Source of the DNA: Reclinomonas americana ATCC 50394
Lineage: Eukaryota
Length of the DNA: 44,604 bases
Assembly (NCBI GenBank): GCA_048213135.1
Contig: PS015129.1
Location: forward strand, 237,090-281,693
Direction of reading: 5' to 3'
Each line of letters begins with the position of its first letter. Position 1 is the first letter of the stretch. Under the pieces are notes generated by a model that had not been told where the DNA came from, did not search any database, and worked only from the letters and a program-made list of their open reading frames with translations. The position numbers and the translations under genes are program-made. This document shows positions 1-10,559 of this stretch, piece by piece.

Positions 1-795
1 GCTGGCCACCCTGCTGCTGACCGCCCTGCTGCTGGCCACCCTGCTGTTGGCCACCCTGCTGCTGGCCACCCTGCTGCTGGCCACCCTGCTGCTGGCCACC
101 CTGCTGCTGGCCACCCTGCTGCTGGCCACCCTGCTGCTGGCCACCCTGCTGCTGGCCTCCCTGCTGTTGGCCGCCCTGCTGCTGGCCGCCCTGCTGCTGG
201 CCACCCTGCTGCTGGCCACCCTGCTGTTGGCCACCTTGCTGCTGGCCACCCTGCTGCTGGCCACCCTGCTGTTGGCCACCCTGCTGTTGGCCACCCTGCT
301 GTTGGCCACCTTGCTGCTGGCCACCCTGCTGCTGGCCACCCTGCTGTTGGCCACCCTGCTGTTGGCCACCCTGCTGTTGGCCACCCTGCTGCGGGGGCTG
401 CTGCTGGCCGCCTTGCTGGCCCTGCTCACCACCTTGCTGCGGAGGCTGCTGGCCGCCCTGCTGACCGCCCTGCTGGCCGCCCTGCTGACCACCCTGCTGG
501 CCGCCCTGCTGACCACCCTGCTGGCCACCCTGCTGACCACCCTGCTGGCCGCCCTGCTGACCACCCTGCTGGCCGCCCTGCTGACCGCCCTGCTGGCCGC
601 CCTGCTGGCCGCCTTGTTGGCCACCCTGCTGGCCGCCCTGCTGACCGCCCTGCTGACCACCCTGCTGGCCACCCTCCTGGCCACCCTGTTGACCGCCCTG
701 TTGGCCACCCTGCTGGCCGCCCTGCTGGCCACCCTGCTGGCCACCCTGCTGGCCGCCCTGCTGGCCGCCCTGCTGGCCGCCCTGCTGGCCGCCAG
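1..795 (-). repeat. Coding minisatellite: 12-bp GGQQ units (~440-795) and 15-bp GGQQQ units (1-~390)
   Basis: Plus strand reads ctgctggcc(a/g)cc and ctgctgctggccacc. Variation falls mostly at synonymous positions of the minus-strand Gly/Gln frame. A linker QPPQQGGEQGQQ lies between the two blocks. Confidence 0.92.
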
Positions 796-1184
796 CCTGC
801 GCGTTCAAAATCGACTGCGCACCAACAAGTCAGCCCACGCGCACAGACTAGACTTGTCCTTTCACGAGACACACACACACACCTGCACTGCCACAGTCTG
901 CCCGTCCACCTGCACCGACAGCGACGACACACTCAGTGTGCCAACACACGAGGCCGCCGTCAACACCTCCGTCGACGACACCATCACACCCGCTGCGCGC
1001 AAGAAAGAGTGATGAGAGAAAGCTCAAGGGTGAGCACACACACTCACACACATTCGCACTCACCACACAAGAGGGTGGATCCATTGTAGATTTGCACAGC
1101 GGGTGTGCGCGGTGCCGCCAGTGCCACCACACTGAGAAGCACGAGGAGCACCACCACCGATGTCACAGAATGCGAGCGCATCAT
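1..1184 (-). CDS. Secreted trypsin-like (peptidase S1) pseudoprotease with a long Gly/Gln repeat; 3' end outside the window
   Basis: Exons 1184-1064, 992-883 and 814-<1 have GT-AG borders and join in frame: MMRSHSVTSVVVLLVLLSVVALAAPRTPAVQIYNGSTLLCAGVMVSSTEVLTAASCVGTLSVSSLSVQVDGQTVAVQSILNAQAGGQQGGQQ... A hydrophobic signal peptide is followed by the C-x-G-x6-V-L-T-A-A-(H>S)-C pattern of S1 proteases. Confidence 0.75.
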
Positions 1185-1602
1185 GTTGAGAAGAGAGGAG
1201 AGGAAGAGGTGTTGGTCTTGGCTCGCCAGAGAGTGTGTGAGAAAGTTTACGGGTTGCGCTGCATGCTCAAATCAACGAAGACGCCGGTGGTCTTCGCGAC
1301 GCGAGGGTGCATTGCGGTGAGGTTGTTTGTTCGGTTTTCTCCCCTCAAATTCGTTTGAATGTGATGCAAATGACGAGATGGAAGGCATCCGGGCCTGGTG
1401 GGTGGAGATAATAGAGGTGGTGGGGAGTAGGCTGAGATAGCCGCAGCGGTGGTGGTGGTGATGGCGGTGTCAGAATAAATATTGCGTACATGTACACTTC
1501 GATTTCGATATCGTAACGTCGCGGCTCGGCCGCGGAAGAAATCGACGTCGCAGCGACTTGATCCCACCTCCCGCCTCGTATATCTATCGCCTATGTGGTA
1601 CA

Positions 1603-4086
1603 TTATAACAGGTTTGCCTTCATCTCTATCATCTCTGTTGACTCCGATATCAATCGTACGTAAATCGGCGACCGCAGGAATCGCTGCGCACATCCGCGAC
1701 GCAAGTGAGTCGACTGCACTTGCAGACGGCACAACTCGTCTCACTCACCGAGAAGCTGTCACTGCGCATTAATCTGAGCACCGACAGCAGAGCCGGATCG
1801 AAGACTGCACAGCTGTGTCAAGGCCACGCAGCTTCTTTCATCTCCCCTTCTTCCCACTCACCACACGGCCACTCGTCACTCTCCCTACTTGTGCCCTTGA
1901 GTGAGGTCTGCGATTCCGACGGCCACTCATGCCGCCGCATAAACACATCCGGCCCGCCCACTTCGATTGCGCTCATCACCGCCCTCCGCGACTTGCTCGG
2001 CAGGTTCAGCTCGAACGGTGCATTGTCGGTGAGAAAGTCGTCGACAATCGCCTGCCCGAAGCGACGCAGCTCGGCACTCTGCTCCGCCGACTTGGTCGCC
2101 AGCTCCTCGTAGGCTTGCTGTCAGGAGTGCGTCAGAGACAACTGAACAGCACACACAGAATCAGCACGCACGCGCACGCACCCCCTTCTCCTTGTACTCC
2201 TGCACACGCTCGTAGAACTGGAGGTTTTCCACAGCAAACTCGGTGGCTGTTTTTGCATAACGGTGATGAGTGTAACGACGACACAAGGCAGTTCGAGTGC
2301 GCCGGTCACTCACCCAGGTACTCCCGAAACGCCTGGCGCCCGTCGATGGATTGCAGGATGTCCAGGAACGACGGCTCCGGTCGCTCGATCATGCGCTGTG
2401 AGAGTGTCTGCGATCCCCACGTGGCACTCCGCTGTCGCGACGAGTGCTCTCTCAACACTTCGCGTCGCCAGTGGCGAAGAATGGCGGCCAGCGGCGTGAT
2501 TGTCACCGCCTGCGATGCATGTGCGCAATCAGAATTTAGGAACGGTCAAAGAAGTCAGCGACGGCAAGCAGGGCCCACCAAGTAGAACACGCCAGACAGT
2601 GCCTGCTCAAAGGGCGCCAACCACATTTTCTCCGACGGAGGACCGGCCAGTCGCGTAATGGCGAAAGGCAGCGCGGTCAACGCGATAATGCACGAGAGAA
2701 CTTTCAACCTGCACGCCAGGGTGAGCAATGAGCGTTCCTCTCTCTCTCTCTTTCCACATCCAGCAAGCACGCAACTCGGAGGCCACTGAAAACGCGTCGT
2801 TGACACGCCGCAGGAGGACCAGGGCAATGACCGTGTACGCCACACCAAAGGCAAGGGTCTGCACTTACATTCGTCAGAGGGAGAGTGCGTGTGTGTGCGC
2901 GTCGACAAAGAGTCGCTCGACACGCACCAGCGCACAAGCAAAGATCACCACCGCATGCTGGGCGTTGAAGAAGGGGCAGTACACTTCGTCCAGATGCGAG
3001 CAAAAGTACTCGAGCTCGACAGTCGGCACACTTGGTCTTGTAAAATACGAACTCAGGAACGCAATCTGCCGCACGAGTGAGCGAGGCGTACGCACGCAGT
3101 CCCTGATGAGACACACACACACCATAAAGGGCGTCATGGCCGTGGGATACCAGAAGGCCAACATCACATTCTCCCTGCCATGCGGCAGTGGTGAGCGGCA
3201 GGCATGAAGAACATGCGCAGAGGAGCGAGACACACCTCAGACGCTTGCTCAGCCGCGTTCGTTTCATCATCTTTTCCACGGCGCGCGCCTCCTCTCGCTC
3301 GCTATTGGCGTTCCGAGCAGCAGCGGCGGTCGACCTGGACGCCCGTGCGGCAAGAAACACCCGAATCGCGCGCAGCTGCGCGGTGGGAGAGGAGTGAGGG
3401 CGGATCCACAACTATGCAGCATGCGCAAGGACGACGCTCACCAGTGGCACGAGAAGCACGGCGGGGAGCGAAATGTACGACTCCACATAGTCGATCCAGA
3501 GAAACTGTGCGCGCAGGGGGCGGCGGATGAGAAAAAGCGGTCTCGGAACTTCGTGAAAAGGGGCGGGTGCTGACCTCGTCGCGCGCGAAATCAGAAGCCA
3601 GGCGAAGAGACATCACGATGATGCCGACAATATACTGCCATATACGCAAGCGGTAATATGTGCGGTGGGGAGGGAGGAGGGAACGAATGATAATGAGCGT
3701 GGAACCAAAAATCCGAACACGCATGCAGAGCGATGAATGCACCAGCAGAATAAGCAGCCTTGGCGACCTGTTCCTCACAGCATCGCGCTTTCTGAACCGG
3801 AAGACCAGCTGAACAGCAGCAGTGATTGCGCGTGTGAGAGAGAGGGTGTGTGTGAGAGTGTGAGTGTGTCCACTCACCAGCAGTCCTAAAACACAGAACC
3901 CCAGCGCCACACCCCTAAACACCGCATCCACCGTGAACTGCACAGTCTTTTCGTTGTAGATGAACGCCTGCTGCAACGACTGCGTGGCAAGTGTGAGTTG
4001 CAATGATCGCTGCGCGCGTTGCAATCAGCGTTGTGCGCGACTGCACACACCCAGTTGCACGAGGTACCCGAGAACACATCCACCAT
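1603..4086 (-). CDS. 7TM-RGS protein (multipass membrane domain fused to a C-terminal RGS domain)
   Basis: Spliced TM exons include VALGFCVLGLL / RFRKRDAVRNRSPRLLILL / YISLPAVLLVPL-LRAIRVF / LVLLRRVNDAFSVASELR. RGS motifs follow: ILQSIDGRQAFREYL, EFAVENLQFYERVQEYK, IVDDFLTDNAPFELNLPSKSR, VFDPALLSVLRLMRSDSFS-RFLRSPIY. Stop TAA at 1605-1603. Start is either 4086 (MVDVF) or 4134 (MAPFL). Confidence 0.88.
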
Positions 4087-4670
4087 GGCATCAATGGACG
4101 TCCACTGGCTGCAGAAGTACAGGAACGGCGCCATCCCTCGTGCCACGAAGGCACGTCTGTCCGAAAAGATCTTGAGGACGATATTAACGCGCCTTCTCCT
4201 CAACTGCACAGCCCTGGAGCAAGAGAGGAGGAAAGAGAGGCACGAGTTCTGCCAGTGATCATGGAAATACGGCAGCAGCAGGCCTCGTGGGAAGCATTTG
4301 CAATTGGAAAACGTCGACGTCGACGTCGAGATAGACTTGGCGATCGGAGAGGCGAGGATCGCACATGGGAAGCCTACCGTGCTGCCGGCCATCTGTACTT
4401 GACAGGTGTGTACGCCTTCCAAGCACAGCCGAAGCAAACAGAGCCTCGTTCTCCGAACACAACGTCGACGTCGTGCGCAATTAATTCTGCAAACGCAGCG
4501 TCCACCACCATGAATTATGTTGTGAGCAATGAAGCCAAGCAACAACACAATGCCGTTCTTCAACGATGGATAGCTGCATGTTCCGCCGACAATCCAATAA
4601 CGTCCGATTGCGGCACATGACGAACGGATTGATTTTCATTCGTCGTGAGTGAGAGACGAAACGCAACAAA

Positions 4671-5142
4671 ATGGGCTGTGGTGGCAGTGTTCCCGTGCAA
4701 CAAGCGCCACCCAGCACCGCCAACAAGCCCACCAACGCCCCCTCCCCTGCGCAACAGAAACCCCAACAAGAGCAGCANNNNNNNNNNNNNNNNNNNNGCA
4801 ACCGCCGCCGTCGTCCCAGAAACCTCAACCGACCGTTGATGTGGCGGCTGTCAAGGCGCCGCTCGACAGCCCCGCGCACACCAGCCACGCCGCGTCCTCG
4901 TCCTCCGGCGACTCGCCATTGGCCGCCGGTGGAAGCGACGCACACTCGCCACCGGCCTCGCGCGTGACATCGCCTCCTCCTCCTCCACCACAAACGGCTC
5001 TGTCTCCTCCGACACACTCTGCGCCTCCGCCCACACTCCCCGCCTCCTCTGCCAGCAGTGTTGGAAGTCTACAGGTGAGAGTCGCACACACTCGGTGACA
5101 CTCTTTTGCACTGGCATACTTGCTCTCTGTCGGACACTCCTC

Positions 5143-5176
<34 letters not shown>

Positions 5177-6568
5177 CAACACCACTCATCGCTGCAGTCA
5201 CTCACTCACTCACAAAGTGCTGCAGTCACTCACTCACTCACAAAGTGCTTCAGTCACTCACGATCATCACTCTCTCACTCACTCCCTTCCCACGCTCTCC
5301 ACCCCTCTCCACCCCTCCCTTCCCTCCCCTCTCCCCAGCCCCCCACATCCGCTCGTGAACTGCCACCCGTGTCACCCAACACACAGCAGCAACGTCGCCT
5401 CTCTGTGCACAAGCCACTCCCACCGTTGCTAGGCGAGCAGCAGCAGCACCAACAGCAGCAGCAGCACGATGCACCTCGTCAGCAGCAGTATGAGAAGCCG
5501 CCGACTGGTGACTCACCCGTGTCGGCGACGGCCATGCAGCAGGCGGACGAGCTGATTATGATGTCGGCGTCGGCCGCCGATGAGATCCCACCCGAGGCGC
5601 TCCTGCAGCGAAGAGACTCGTACTACACGCGACTGGTGCAGGCGCAGGTGGTGGAGTCGCCACTGTTGGCGCGTGCGTTTGAGAAGCTCGGCAAGCTGGC
5701 GCTCTTTGTGTCGGAGGAGGTGCCGACCACGGAGGAGTTCTCGGCGGTGTGGAGCAAGGTATGTGTGTGCGCGATGTGTGCGGGAAGTGTGGAGGCTGCG
5801 TCTCACACTCCCTTCCCCTTAGTACTCGTCGGGGTCGTACATGGAGCTTACGGGACTCAAGTCGTTTATTACGGATCTGATGGAGAGTGCCATGAAGGTC
5901 GACTGGGTGCCGCAGCGCATCAAGCACACGTGGCAGTCGGCGACCAAGGAGAACTTGGATGATCATGCGGCGCTGTTGTTTGCCGACATGGATCCCGCGC
6001 GACGGGGGCATGTGTCGCGAGCCGATTTCGAGACGAGTGTTCCTCGTGTGTTTGCGTCAAAGGTGCCCGACGTGGACTCACCGCCGGACCCCATTGCGGC
6101 GGCGTTCATGAAGTTTGGATTGTTGGCGTTGGCCATCAAGGCAGAGAAGCCGACGGCGCAGGAGTGGACCGCGTTGTGGCACAAGGTGAGAGCGAGTGCT
6201 GACTCGATGGTGCTTCCTTTTCCTTGTTTCTCATTGCACGTTCGCACACAGTACGCCTCGCCCGACGGCACACTCAATCAATCTGGCTTTGAGCGATTGT
6301 ATGTCGACATGCGCGACTCGTCACTGCATGTCGACTGGGTGCCGGCGGCCAGCAAGGAGGAGTGGCAGGCGATGCGACCGCACGCCTCGTCAATCGTCGC
6401 CCAGCTGTTCCCGGTAAGATGCAGTTGTGGTGATCTGCTGCACACTGTTGAGAGAGGACTCATTGTGTGGTGTCCTGTGGTCAGATGCTCGATACGCGAC
6501 ACGCTGGCTCGGTTCAGCAGCCCGAGTTCGAAAAGGGCTTCTGGGCGCTGCTGAAGATGCGCGAATAA
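4671..6568 (+). CDS. N-terminally acylated (MGCGGS) EF-hand-like protein with two internal ~110-aa repeats
   Basis: Starts MGCGGS, followed by a Pro/Ser/Gln-rich linker spanning a 20-N gap. EF-hand-like loops: FADMDPARRGHVSRADFE, YASPDGTLNQSGFERLY and LFPMLDTRHAGSVQQPEFEKGF. Stop TAA 6566-6568. GT-AG introns at ~5075-5386, 5759-5822, 6186-6251 and 6414-6484. Confidence 0.72.
5191..5261 (+). repeat. Intronic 28-bp tandem repeat (about 2.5 copies) of gctgcagtcactcactcactcacaaagt
   Basis: Copies start at 5191, 5219 and 5247 (partial). Confidence 0.85.
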
Positions 6569-6790
6569 CTAGGAAATATAGTAGTGTGCTGTTAGTCGCA
6601 AGAAAAAAAGACGCCCTACGTGGCCACCACGACGTCATGCAACGGAGAAAACGGAGTGATGCTGAATTGAAAGAATTGTTGTTTCGTATGTATTTTTTTC
6701 ATCGCACACGTACTAAGTCGTAGTGGCATGCACTTGAAAATATTGTAAGTCGAACTCCAGTTCCCTCGTTGCTGCACGAGGGTCTCACTG

Positions 6791-9700
6791 TCACCTGCGC
6801 TCGCCCGCTGCTCGCATGTCACCCGTGCTGCTATTCGTGGAGGTGCCGGTGGTCGACTCGTCGAGCGACGAGCCGCCCCCGGTGACTTTGACTGCCGGCG
6901 TGTTGACGGCGAGCGCTTCACGGCTGCTACTGCGGCTATGTGCGCGCGATCCCGCTCCCGTGTTGCTGCTGTTGCTGCCGCCGCTGGCGGCAAGAAGGCT
7001 ATCGCGGCCGGCGCCACCTTCGCCAGAGCTTGAGCGACTGAAATGGGGGAGGAAGGTGAGGGGGGTTGTGAAGCACACACAGACGCCGCGGCATACACAC
7101 ACCGGTGGTGATGGACGCGACGGTGCTCTGTCGATCCAGCGGTCTGGTGAGAGCGCGCACACGCGGGGTGCTCGCCGACACGCATCGGTCGCTTGCCGAG
7201 GCGCAGCAAGAACATGATGGCACAGCCGACAATCACAGCAATGGTGAAACCGAGGGCGAAAGGGTAATTGCCGCGGCCAGAGTACACCAGCAGGCCCACC
7301 ACGCACACCGTGCCGCGGAGGCACAGAATGAGGAATTCACCAATGGCGTGGCCACAGCTGCGGAACGCAGTGGGAAACAAGCAAGAGGCCCACTGTCTTC
7401 CAACACCCTCACCTGATACGCGTTCCGGTCGGACTGTTGCGCTGAGCGCGCAGTCGTCCCGCCTCGAACGGGAACATGACGTCGACCAGCAAGTACCACA
7501 CCAGCAGCACAGCGCGCACCGCCATGGACTGATCGGGCGGCCGTCCAGATGAGGAGACCACTGCCGAGTGGTGCTGTGCCACCAGCGGGCCGCCCACTGC
7601 CGGCACATCGTCGCGCGAAGAGACGCGACGCATACCGGGCTCCGCGAGTGCGGCGTTGGCTGGAGCAGCGGCGGCAGCAGCGACTGGAGCGCTCGACGAG
7701 GCACCAATGCCGGCGCCGCTCTGCTCCACGTCGTCGGACTCAGACTCGGTGTAGGATTCCGAGTCTGAGTCGGAATCGCGGCGCTCCGGGTGCTCCGCCA
7801 CCCACTTGTCCCAGTCGCCTGGCGAACTGGAGCCGGCCGCGAACTCCTGGTTGTTGCCATCCGACTGCGACCCGGAGGAATTCAGGAGGGCCGACGTGAA
7901 GAAGATGGAGAGCTGGAGCGAGCCAATGACCACGTTGATCTGCAGCCAGTGGAGAAGAGTGAGAAGGAAGAGGAGGATGGGGCTAGTACGGCATTGACAA
8001 AACGCAACAGCCAGTGGAAACACGTAGAATCCAATCGACAGATGCACAGAGGTCAGCGCAATGCTAAACACGGCGTGCATGCCAATCTCCCAGTTGCTGA
8101 ATCCGCTGGCACCACACAGACCCGTCCCCGTCAGCTGCAGCGCGCAGGTGAGTGTGAGGGAGCACAAACGAGACGGACGGTGGAGACAGCAAACGTCCAC
8201 GCACCACCACATGGCGCACGAGCCAGTTCAAGCTCGACGACATCATGATGCCAATGTGCAAGATCGAGAAGATGACCGAGATGACAAAGAGCGGCGTCAC
8301 CGTTTCGCGGCGGAAGATCATGTACATTTGCAGGCACAGCATCGCTTGCACGGCTGCGGGGAGGAAATGAGAATGGGAATGACAAGGAACAGCAGACAGA
8401 TGGGTAGGCGCTCACCACAAATGGTGGTCACCATGACCCACGCCGACGGGGTGGTGATCTCGGCATCGCGCTGAAACTCGTACAGCTCGGAGCCGATGCC
8501 GCGCGGGTCCATCAGACCCTCGCTGCTCTTCTCGGACGACATGAGAGCTTTGCGCGGTCCGCGACGGTGAAAGTCGCGAATGTCCAGCACCGTGCGGTAG
8601 AGTGGAATCACACCGCCGAGGGCCACTGCGTCAGAGGAGGACAGAAGGGTGGATGGTTCAGAGAAGGAGAAGATGTGTACGCATAAGAGGAAGAGTGCGA
8701 CTCTTCAATTCAAGAGGTCAGGTCAAAGTGCACGTGGCATTCCCACGCCCCGAGATTGCACAACTCTTCTCTTCAAGAAGGCAAATGAAACAACACGCTG
8801 AATTCCCACACCCCACTATCCAACAACCAAGAACAGAGGGGATATTGCGACTCTTCTCTTCAAGAGGGCAAGCGTTGCAATCCACACAGAAGGTGAATGA
8901 GTATGGCAGAAGAGGGGGAGACTGCAACTCTCCTCTTCAAGAGGGCAAGCCATAGAACACGTTACAATCCACACACCCCGAGATTGCACAACTCTTCTCT
9001 TCAAGAAGGCAAGTCAAACAACACGCTGAATCCCCACGCCCACTATCCAACAACGGTGCAGAACCAAGGAGATGAATGGGAGAATGCAACTCTTCTCTTC
9101 AAGAGGGCAAGCCATAGAACACGCTACAATCCACACACCCCACTATCCAACAACGATGCAGAACCAAGGCAGAAGAGGGGATATTGCGATTCTTCTCTTC
9201 AAGAGGGCAAGCGTTGCAATCCACACAAAAGGTGAATGAGTATGGCAGAAGAGGGGGAGACTGCAACTCTCCTCTTCAAGAGGGCAAGCCATAGAACACG
9301 TTACAATCCACACACCCCACTATCCAACAACGATGCAAAACTAAGGCAGGAGAATGGGAGATTGCAACTCTCCTCTGAGAGGGCAAGCCACAGAGCACGG
9401 TGCCCCACAATTGTGCAAGCGAGGGGAGCCTCGGCAAACAAGACAGGGAACAGAGAACAAGCAAGTCAAAGAACTGCACCCTACGACTATGGTAGACAAA
9501 GAGTTGATTGCCACTCTTCTCCCCAAGTACCCCTTCCTCCCCTGCTGTCTGCATCCCCCGCGTACGCAACAAAAGAAGAGCAACCAGTCGGAACAGCGCA
9601 GATTGCGCACGTACGCCACGGTGACAATGAGCGGCCCGAGGTACGCAAAGCCAATGAACGAGAGCGCCACGCCAAACGGCGCCTTGTCGGGATCCTCAAA

Positions 9701-9875
9701 GAACGTCGCCGTCACCCACACATCGGTGACAAAGTTGCCGACGCACACAAACACCGTCAGCAGCGACCAGAAGTAGAGGCCTGCGCGCGCGCGAGAAATT
9801 CTCGAAATGTGAGAGGAATATACTGTCGTTATTGATTAGGGAGGGTGAGAATATACCGCTAACGAGTGAGAACAT
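6791..9875 (-). CDS. Multipass membrane protein, possibly XK-related (XKR scramblase-like)
   Basis: Spliced exons: MFSLVSGLYFWSLLTVFVCVGNFVTDVWVTATFF...; LALGGVIPLYRTVL...; AVQAMLCLQMYMIFRRETVTPLFVISVIFSILHIG; an acidic Ser-rich loop; further TM exons; a Ser/Gly-rich tail ending at TGA 6793-6791. 'TDxxV' in TM1 and 'LxLQxY' resemble XK motifs, but the usual E-S-x-P-Q is not conserved. Confidence 0.55.
8690..9530 (+). repeat. Degenerate ~99-bp tandem array (ankyrin-like relic) inside the ~940-bp intron of the XK-like gene
   Basis: The core (t/c)tcttcaaga(g/a)ggcaa recurs at about 8772, 8859, 8936, 9000, 9098, 9198 and 9275, with variants near 8710 and 9375. Full-length spacings are 98-100 bp. 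The block 8841-8980 is repeated almost exactly at 9180-9320. Confidence 0.85.
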
Positions 9876-10559
9876 GCAGCGAAAAAATGGAGAGAGGCAG
9901 AGAGAGAAGGGGGGAAGCAGAGAAGGAGCAGAGTGTGTGCGTGGGAGAGAGAGTGCCCAGAGAGACCAGAGAGAATGTGTGTGTGAGAAGAAAACAGACA
10001 AGCACACTTTCTATGAATGAGGTGGGAAGACTAAGTGAGCGCACACGCGCGCATGCATGAGTGCGCATGTGAGATGCATCGCACACAGAGAGAGAGCGCG
10101 CATGAGAATGAGAGAGTGCGCGCGTGAGTGTGTTCAGTCAGTCAAACCTCACTTCGCGAAACCCTTCACTTATCTCCCCTCTTCTCACTCTCCCCTCGCC
10201 CCTCGCCCTCTTCCACTCACCCACAGGGAACCAACACGCCTCCATTCCCTTTCCATACGACACAAAGCAGCATTCGCGACACGAGAAACACTCGACCAAA
10301 CACCGACCATTTGCACAGGAGAATGCCACTCGCGAGTCACCTCGTTGCCCACTGCCACCACCACCACTGTGCGCACGATGATTGTGACTGTGATGGTGGC
10401 CGTGATGACTGTGGTGGTGAGTGTGATTGTTGTTCTTTGCTGCTGTTGGTGTTGCTGCTGTTGACACTGGTGTTGGTGATGAGGTGGCAGCCGATGCAGC
10501 GGCCTCCAGGTCGCTGGTGGAGCGACGATGGGCGGAGGCCTGCATCTCTCCTGTCGCAA

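Noticed and set aside
47-1012. 321-aa plus-strand (ATLLL)n ORF
   Set aside because: It is the antisense shadow of the GGQQ(Q) exon. Splice sites and the signal peptide support the minus strand.
4003-4620. 205-aa plus-strand ORF
   Set aside because: It overlaps the first exons and promoter of the 7TM-RGS gene and has no recognisable motif.
8690-9530. CRISPR-like repeat-spacer appearance
   Set aside because: The 'spacers' are homologous to each other and irregular in length, there are no cas genes, and the context is a eukaryotic intron.
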